Below are positions 11,640 through 21,661 of a DNA stretch of 63,757 nucleotides, one piece after another. A model generated the notes under the pieces. The model searched no databases and had not been told where the DNA came from. It worked only from the letters and a program-made list of their open reading frames with translations. Numbering within the stretch: the first letter of the stretch is position 1; every line of letters begins with the position of its first letter. Source of the DNA: Octopus bimaculoides (taxonomy: Eukaryota); contig NC_068987.1 of assembly GCF_001194135.2 (NCBI RefSeq), positions 48,830,932 through 48,894,688 of the forward strand. Direction: 5' to 3'. The translations under genes and the position numbers were made by a program.

Positions 11640-12147
11640 CATACATGAATTAAAGATTAGAGAGATACAAAAGAAAAACTGACTAATATCTCTTATCTTT
11701 TACCTGTTCCAGTCATTAGATTGTGGTCATGCTGGGGCACTACCTTGAACTTTTAGTCGAATGAAATCAACACCAGAACTTTTTTTTCTCTTTTAAAGCC
11801 TGGTACTTATTCTATTGATCAATTTTGCTGAACTGCTAAGTTACAGTGACATAAACTCACCAACACGAGTTGTCAAGTGATGGAAGTGGGGGGAACAAAC
11901 ACAGATACATACATACATATATATATATATAAGAATTTAAGGATTGGAGAAAACGCATGTTATAATTGCATACTTTATTCCTACATATGTTTCAAAGGAT
12001 TACAACCTGTGTGATCCATAGGGATCTTTGATATTAAAATTGTAACCTTCTCATCAGGGAAAGCATGGGAATCATCTTAAATGTAAGACATTATGACCAA
12101 TTATCTATCAGAAGAATTTTTATTCATTAAGATAGAAGAAATACACA

Positions 12148-12196
<49 letters not shown>

Positions 12197-13858
12197 GGCT
12201 TCTTTCAGTTTCCATCCACTCACAAGGCTTTGTTCAGCCTGAGCCTATAGTAGAAGACACTTGCGCAAGGTGCCATGCAGTGGGACTGAACCCAGAGCCA
12301 TATGGTGGACAAGCAAGCTTCTTACTACACAGCCACACCTGCAATTATAATTTTTGGGGACTACATTACCCTTTTCCATTCAGATAGCTGAAGAGGTGGA
12401 AAAGGCAGACCTAAGGATCAGCTCTGAAATAACCAAGGTGAGGCAGGCTAGTAAGCAAGGAGAGATGCAAATTACTGTGAATCAAGAATCCACTGAAGAC
12501 GTCACCAACTTCATCCATCTAGGCAGTATTATTACTACAGATGGAGATATTGAGGCTGATGTCATCTCCAGAACTGGGTGTGCAGCAGCAGTGTTCAAAG
12601 GAATTAGCAAGATCTAAACCAGCACTCCAATTAGCAACCATGTGAAGATCCTATTGCATCAGATCACTGTCTTGCCAACAGCAATCTATGCAGGAGGAAA
12701 TAACTGCCAAGATCACTCAGAGGGTGAATCACCAATGATATGCAGAATACTCAAGATGATTTACAGGGACAGAATCATAAACTCTGAAGTTTTAAGAAAA
12801 GCCAACCTGTGCATCCTGCAGGAGATTATAGTAGAAAGAAGAGTAAGACTTGCAGCTCATGTTTTCCAACTGCTAGAAGAATGACTGTCCAAAATTGCTA
12901 AACTTCTAAATTTTGAAATGTGTTTAAAATCTTTTCAGATTTAGGATTCATAAACTGTGGTTAAGAGCATCTTTTCTTTGTATAGCTTTTTGACAATTTC
13001 AGTCCCGCAAGAAATTTTTAAAGTACTTACCCCAATGATTACTTGGTTACATTTATGGCAGTGAGGAGCAAAGTAGAGCTCGTAGTCCTTCTCACAATAA
13101 AGGAAGCCACCTTCTTCAACAAAGCCAATGTCAAAGAGCTTAACACCACAGCTAGGGTTAGCACAAACGAAGTGAGCAGGACACCAACTTTTTCCCATGG
13201 CCAATACAAACGGTCCTCTGAAATAAAATACAAAGACAGATAAGAAAATTTCTTTGTTATGTGGAAATGTATCTCCACAATTCCTTCATAAAAGGAAAGT
13301 GATTTTCTGTAAGCTCTTGGCACCAATGACGTTTTCAACGTATTGTAGTGATTCAAATAAAGTACTGGTTATCCATTTGCTTTCTCATAGTCTAAGAATG
13401 TATACTACTGAAACTTTGTCTCCAAAAGGTACCAATCCTGTATGGCTTACCACAACGAGCCATATCTCTCTACAGTACTTATTTGCAGTTAGATGTTTGC
13501 CAGGTATTAGATTAAAGTGCCAGTGACAAACACACACTGATGATTTAGTAAGTCTTAAATCATGAAATCCAACAAAGTTAAATTAAGTTACGTATGACCT
13601 AGTGGTTGGGCTGTTGCACTTATGATCTGGCAACTCTAGTTTCAATTCCTAGGCAGGTAGTGTATTATATTCTTGAGCAAAACACTTCATTTCATGTTGC
13701 TCCAGGTCCACTTAGCTGTAAATGGATAACCCAGGGATGGATTGGTGTTCTGTTTAGTGGAAATGTTGGCATGCTCACCTGGCCAGCTGAGTGACATCAT
13801 TTGAAAGCTACAACAATGCAAGGAAGTGCATCATGACCAGCGGTGTATAACACACACA

Positions 13859-13891
<33 letters not shown>

Positions 13892-14488
13892 NNNNNNNNN
13901 NNNNNNNNNNNNNNNNNNNNNNNNNNNNNNNNNNNNNNNNNNNNNNNNNNNNNNNNNNNNNNNNNNNNNNNTATGTTATTATAATGATAAGTGAAGTGTA
14001 ATGACAATGATGATGATAAAAGTGGCTGTGATTCACACAAAAGAAATAAACAAACCTAATTGGAGTTCCACAAGCGGCACAGACAGGGATCCTACCACTC
14101 TGATCAGGGGTTTTATAGACAGCATCGCCTTTCTTGCCTTTCGTAGCACCATGTCCAGTTGGTTTAGGGGGTCCAGCAGATACCTTAGGCTTGGTCGAAG
14201 CAGGAGGCCTATGGACTGGTGGTGGTGGTGGTGCTTTTGGTACAATCACAGGAGCTGGTGGAGGTGGTGGTGCTCTTGGAGCATGAGCAGCTTGCTTCGG
14301 AAGAGCTAAGCAAAAGAAAATTTTGTGGGTTCATATTGAGGAAGGCTGACAGAAGGATATTAAAAACACAAGACATGAGATAAAATAGAGAAATCATTAA
14401 AGAAATATTTCTGCTTATCATTTTAGATTATATATACATTATGTATACACACAACATGCATACATATGCATGACACAATCACATAATT

Positions 14489-14519
<31 letters not shown>

Positions 14520-15335
14520 CATATATAGACAATATCACATACACACAATATGGTACTCCGTCGGTTACAACAATGAAGGTTCCACTTGCTCTGATCAATG
14601 GAACAGCCTGCATGTGAAATTAACATGCAAGTGGCTGAGCACTCCACAGACACGAGTACCTTTAATGTAGTTCTCAGGGAGATTCAGCATGATACAGAAT
14701 ATGACAAGACTGGCTCTTTGAAATATCAGTACAACACATTTTTGCCAGCTGAGTGGACACAGTAACACAGACAATCAAACATACACACAGATAATTACAT
14801 ACACAACCAGGCACATAATTACACACCAAATCCACTCACAAGTCTTTAGTTGACATGGGGTACAGTAGAAGACACTTGCACAAAGTGACCAGCAGTGGGA
14901 CTGAACCCAAGAGTTCATGGTTGGAAAGCAAGCTTCTTAACCATACAGCCATGCTCACACCAGTAACAATAATTACAAAAATGAATAAATAGAATAAAAA
15001 AAAATCACAACTTACAGTACATTTGAACTGGTGGTGGAGGAGGTGGTGGTGGTGCAGGAGCTGCAGGAGGTGGTGGCGTGTAGCTTGCCACTGGAGCCCT
15101 GTTGGTGACAAGACAGACAGATCAGATATGGTTATTGTTTGTAAATAGTTAGGCCATTCTCCAAGGTGTACTTTGACAAACCCCATCTAATGTTAAATTC
15201 ACTAATTAGATATCTATTGTTATTATTCGATATTTTAATTCTTGTAAATTATTATTGCTGTAGTAACGAAACAACTACAAATTCATCTATTCCTGACTAT
15301 TTGCAAAACATTTTGTACAAGTTGACGTAGTTAGA

Positions 15336-15370
<35 letters not shown>

Positions 15371-15598
15371 CAACAATAATAATAACGTCTTCAAATTTTG
15401 CCACAAGGGCAGCAATTTTGAGGGAGGGGAGGAGTCAATTACAGCAACCCTAGTTTTCAACTGGTACTTATTTTATCGACTCCGAAAAGATGAAAGGCAA
15501 AGATGACCTTGGCGGAATTTGAACTCAGAATGGAGCGGCAAGCGAAATACTGCTAAGCATTTCACCCAGCATGCTAATGATTCTGCCAGCTTACTACC

Positions 15599-15633
<35 letters not shown>

Positions 15634-16831
15634 CCTTTTTGCTATAGGCACAAGGCCAGTGCTTTTGAGGGGAGGGAGCAAGTTGATTACATCAACCCCA
15701 GTACTTGTACTTTATCTTATCGACCCTGAAAGGATGAAAGGCCAAGTTACCCTCGGGTGAGCTTTGAACATAAATAGATGAAAGAAAAGTCATTAAGCAT
15801 TTTCTGCAATGCATTAAGAATTCTGTCAGGTTGCTGCTTTAATACAATAAAGGTTTCAAATTTTGGAACAAGGCCAGCATTTAGGAATGGGAGTAAGTCA
15901 ATTACACTGACCCCAGTGTTCAAGTGGGACTTATGTTATTGACCCCAAAAGGACGAAAGGCAAAGTCAACCTGGTGGAATTTGAACTAAGAAAGTAATGA
16001 TGGATGAAATGGCGCTGAGCATTTTGTCCAACACGCTAACGACTACTAGCTCACTGCCTTAATATAATAATAATGATAAGCTTATTGTACACAGTGTTCA
16101 GGTGCACTACTACAGCATGTTATGAAAGTAGTAGGTTGTTACACCATAGCAAAATTTTGTTTATTAAAACAATGTGTGTGTAATTACAACATCTGTTTGT
16201 ATTTTTAAAATCTTCAGATAAATGAGTTAATACTTTCTATTAAAATAAATGGAAAAAGATATCAAAATCCACAATGTCTGTAGTACTTTTCTTCAAACTT
16301 TTAAGGAGGAGACCAAATATTTTCAATGAAATTTTAAAAATTTCCTGCCAAATGTGAAAAACTCTGAGAAATTCTTGGAATAGTCTATAGGTTTATGGAA
16401 CAACACTTAGAGTATTGGTCTTAAGCAATTTAATCAATCAAATGCTAAACTACAAATTGGAAGGGAAACTCTTCCAAATGATCATCTTAAGTCACTTTAT
16501 GAACATTGATAATAATGGGAATACAGAGCTATATGTATTCTTTCGTCTTGTTACTTTGTAATACTTCATTTACTCCCTTTATACCAAAAATAGAAACCAT
16601 TAAAGGTGGCAAGCTGGCAGAATTGTTTGCACATTGGACAAAATGCTAAGCACATTTTCTCTGGTTCATTGCATTCTGAGTTCAAAAATCACAGAGGTCA
16701 ACTTTGTCTTTCATCTTTCAGGAGTCAATAACATAAGTACTAGTCAAGTACTAGGGTTGATGTAATAGACTTGCTCCTCCCCTCAAAACTGCTGGCCTTG
16801 TGCCAAAATTATAAAGAACTATTATCATCAC

Positions 16832-16867
<36 letters not shown>

Positions 16868-19800
16868 TGAGGGTAGTACTACTATTTTACTAATATGGAA
16901 ATTTGGATATTGTTGTATGTTGGCACAACTTTTTAAACAAGCACTTGCTCTTTCATTACTGATAACCAACTATCTTTACAGCAGAGATGAAATTTCTTGT
17001 CAGTCAGGTAAGCTGAAGCAAGCAGTGTTTTGTTGTTTGTCCATGGGAAAAACACAATAGCTGTAGAACTGATGATCAGGTAGTAAACAGTCCAGTATTT
17101 TACAGCAATTGCTCTATGCACTAGTAATAACTAGTTTTCCTATATGTCACCCTGTAATGTACTTAGTCAATATTTCCTGGGGTCATTAGGTGTTTCAAGT
17201 CTCAACATCAGACACCCTCGTTCAGGCAACCCAACCAGAGTTGATCAAGCTCTAGCTTGTGTTTAGATATAATATCAATTCTTTTAAAAGAAATCTTAAT
17301 AGTTTAGACTTCAGTATTGATTTGTAAGATAGGCACAAGACCACGCATTTTAAGAAAAAAGTATGGTTGATCATATTGACTCTAGTACAGTAGTACCCTG
17401 GTTTTCGTCTATCTTTAAACTATGACTTTGAAGTGACTTGTATATATAAGGGAACTATTACTGTGTATATATATCAGAGAATGTATATAAGTCAAAACAA
17501 TTTGTTGGCCTTTTATAGTTTTTTTAATAATTGTTTATGTTATATAATATTATGTCATTATAGTCATAGCATATGTATATTATAATATAAATAAATTATT
17601 GGATTGTCAATAATAACTCTCTATTTAATTTATTTTCGTAATTGCATTATACCCATATTTATATGGTATTCAACTGATGTACCAGTGAACTGGATGTTTC
17701 ACACACTCCTTTGAAAGATCTCTTTTCCTGAGTTTGTTACTAAAGCACGATTTATTCGTGATTAGAAACATTCATAAACTGAGGTATTACTGTATTAAAT
17801 AGGTATGAGAAAGACAGGAGATAAAGCACAATTTATTCGTGATCAGAGTTGTTCAAAAACCGTGATACTACTGCACTTGCATTTCTCCAATCCCTCGGAG
17901 GGAGGAAAAACAATGAACCTTGGGAAGATTTGAAATCAGAGAAGTAAAGAGAAATAAGAATTTAATATAGTATGGAATTTTGCTCACTACTATCAAACTA
18001 CCTCAGTATATTGCTGGTACTTAGTTTTGTCACTTTTTGGATGGGAGACAAGTAAAGTGAACTCTGGTGGAATTTGATTTCTGATTATGGAAGCACAAGA
18101 CTTAATAATAGGAAGTAATTAGACCATTCTTCCATGCAAACACTGTAGCGATCAATGTTGAAAAAGGAAAAAATTTAAAAGGAAGTTTCAAGAACTGATT
18201 AAGATTTGTTACTCCTACCCATCTAGTTTTTCTTGAAGACGCTTGAAAGTTTTAGAATATAACGGCACTGCTGATGTATCTGCTTGATCACTTTCTCCAT
18301 GTATCAATTTGTAAGTCTCTGATGGTTTATACATAATCCGACCCTCACCATCATACTCAACACCAGATTTCTCTGCATCTACAGACACAGAGGAATCATT
18401 TGTCAAGCTAGATTTCCTTACATCACCATTCTCTTTAGAATCTCTGAAAAAACATAGCATGCACTATTCATGCAAAAACAACAACAACAACAACGGCAAT
18501 ATTGAAACAATATCATGCTTAAAACAGATATAAGAAAACACACACACACACGACAAATAAGAAAATATAACATACAATAACAAGTTATTTTAAAAAATCA
18601 GCTAAAAGTAATGACAGTAAATGCATGCTGAGAAAAATAAAAATAACAAAAAGTAAAAAAAGAATGCATATAATTATCTTTTGAGGTAAAATAACCTACA
18701 ATGATGAAACATTTGTCTAAATACAGCCACTTCCATTTGATATAACATTCACAATTATCACCATCATTGTAATATTAATGTCTAAATCATTGTTTCTTAA
18801 TTCTCTTTGTCCTATGCCCCTCCATCAGTGGGGCATATACCCCACCTTCAGAAATACTAATCTAAACTTAATCACAAAAGACACATGCTCAATAAGAAGG
18901 AAATAATCCAATGAGCTGGAAAGATGGAAAGTAAAGTCAACACTATAAGGTCTGAATCTAGACTTGAAAGTAAATATAGTAAGGCATTTGGTGCTTGTCA
19001 CAGGGTGTGCTATGGTACTGAACCTACCACTACCTATAACTAAAAACATACAAACTTTTGGCTATTTCCATACATAACACAATTCTAAACCAATTTAAAC
19101 TTGGTTCTTGAGTGTGCATTATTAAATTTGACCAGATTGTATCAGGATTTTGCAAGAACAGAAACATAAAAAATTTTTTTTAAAATTACCATCTTTGGTG
19201 GATGATGTGCAGCACTTATCTAACCTATCCAGAATATATATCCCTGCTATAATACTGCATCATTATACTATTACAATATTTGATAAAAGCTACTGTAGAA
19301 GTAATTAGGTAACGAAAGAATTTTTTATAAATGACATCAGTTTCAGAAAACTATGGTACTTTTTGGTAAATTAGTTCACATGAAAATGAATATTTTAGCA
19401 GCAACTCTAAATGTTCACAGCAAAAGATCTAAAGAATGATAAAAATACAATGTATTTAATTAATAATGATAAACAGAAGATTGATAAAGCGCATATTGTT
19501 ACCATTTCTTAGGTCTCTGATGGTGAGTATTTACAGTTCTTGGTAAAACAAAGTTTAACTGATGGGGCTCAGTTTTTATACAACTGAGGAAGATTCAGCA
19601 AAAGATAGAATGATGCAAAATTTCATCATGATCACTGCAATGGTTCAATTCTGTGATATTGTTTATGAGAGACCACGCTATCCATCAATAGTTGAACTCT
19701 CTACCAGTTCAAAGGTATTAAGTTCATGTCCCAGTTTTTCTAAGCTGTCAGAAACAGACACCAGGTTATGTAAAATCATTATTTGTGGTTAATCAGTGTC

Positions 19801-21621
19801 CTCTGTAAAAGGAGAGAGATTATTTCTCATCTCATTAACATAAAACCTGATATAACTATCAGACCTTCTTTAGCTTATGATCTGGAGCAAACAGAATTAT
19901 GTGTCTTGCACAAGAGAACACAATGACCCTAGGTATAGGTCTTGAATTCATAACCATGAAGTTTGAAGCCCAGTACCTTAATCTTACAATCTTTAAATGT
20001 AGACACAGTTTATTACTAAAAAAATAACTTAATTTAAACCCTGATTTAATTGATGTATTTTAGAAATAAAAACAAGGAGTTGTACCATTTCTAAGACATC
20101 AATGACATGTGCAAGGAATCCTTACAACCAGGAAATGAAGCCAAATTGTAGAACTTAATTGCATTTAATGATGGTAGCTAATAAGAAAGAACTTAGGAAA
20201 ATTGTTCAAATGAAAATGGAAACATTAAATATAGTGAAATTCATTTGAAAATATTCTTGGATCTCTAACATTACAGAAGACAATGAAAGACAGAAATTTT
20301 CAAATGAAATATGAATGCTAAAAGAGTTCTAAAAGGTAAACATAAGTGCTGGAAACTATTTAAAATTACATGCTACTATTTCAAAGCTTTAGATACTAGT
20401 ATAGATTCTATAAATATAACTTGTAATATTGGTAGTGGCTATAATTGATCAAAGCCTATAAGGGTTCTTGGGTGGTAGAGGTGATGGTGGTGGTTTCATC
20501 TAAGTGGAACTAAGAAAGGGAAGGATTTAAAATTGTACTCAACCTATGATCGAAAAGGTAAATATTTATGGAGGACTGACAACCCTACAATAATAAAAGC
20601 TGATTTCCACAACAAAATGACTTGTTATATATATTAAATTTTGTTTCTTTTTAAATTCTTTTCTATTCTAGGCACAAGGCCCGAAATTTTTGGGGAGGGG
20701 GCCAATTGATTAGATTGACTCCAGTACGCAACTGGTACTTAATTTATCGACCCCGAAAGGATGAAAGGCAAAGTTGACCTTGGCGGAATTTGAACTCAGA
20801 ATGTAAAGATAGACAAAATACTGCTAAGCATTTCGCCTGGCATGCTAACGTTTCTGCCAGTTTGCTGCCTTTGCTTCTTTTTAAATTGAGAAGAATTACA
20901 AAAGAAAAAAAAATCTATCAAACAAAACTAACAGATTGTTCCTCAATATAAGTTGAAAAAAGGGGTAAAAAATATATTCTTAAATAATCTAAATGGTGCA
21001 ATGTAAATCTTTAAGTTGTTTGCATCTATGGCATGAGAGGAAGTTGTCTTTCTTATAGAATACATCTATCCTTGTTCATCACCAATTCATTTAACAGTGA
21101 TCCAGAACAGCATAGAACACTCAATTACGAACCATGCTACACATCACGAATTGATAACGTATGTTAGTGATGATATATTTCAGGTATTTTTTAAAATTAT
21201 TTACTGATATGTTCCAAAGAAACTTCAAAGTTGTACAGTACTTGTACAGTACAATACAAAATTAACAATGATTTCTACAGCACAAGTGAGAAATACCAAT
21301 GATAGTCTCTCTTTTAAAGTATCAAAATTTAAAATTTGTAAGGAAGATATATATTCAAAACACTGACTGAGAAATATTCTTTCACAGCTTAATTATGTGT
21401 GTGTGCATATGTATGTATTAATTTTTATGTGAAGTTATATATAAATACAATTTAACATTTAATTGAAAGATCATTGAAGAGTACATAAGTTTTGCAAGGT
21501 AAAAGTTGACAGTGGCTTCGAAACTTCAGCTTACTTGCAGTCAACTGTTGATGGCTGCTAGTAAACTAAAACTTCAAATAACACACACGAACCAAACTAT
21601 AAGTTATTCTAAATGCATTTA

Positions 21622-21661
<40 letters not shown>

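Larger units (their letters stand above)
11691..12343 (-). mobile_element. S1 SINE split by the hammerhead-bearing insert
   Basis: 5' half at 12195-12343 and 3' half at 11691-11900 match S1. Confidence 0.75.

Noticed and set aside
16933-17121. 62-aa minus ORF between exons D and E, checked as a possible extra LIM exon
   Set aside because: No LIM Cys/His spacing and no good splice sites.
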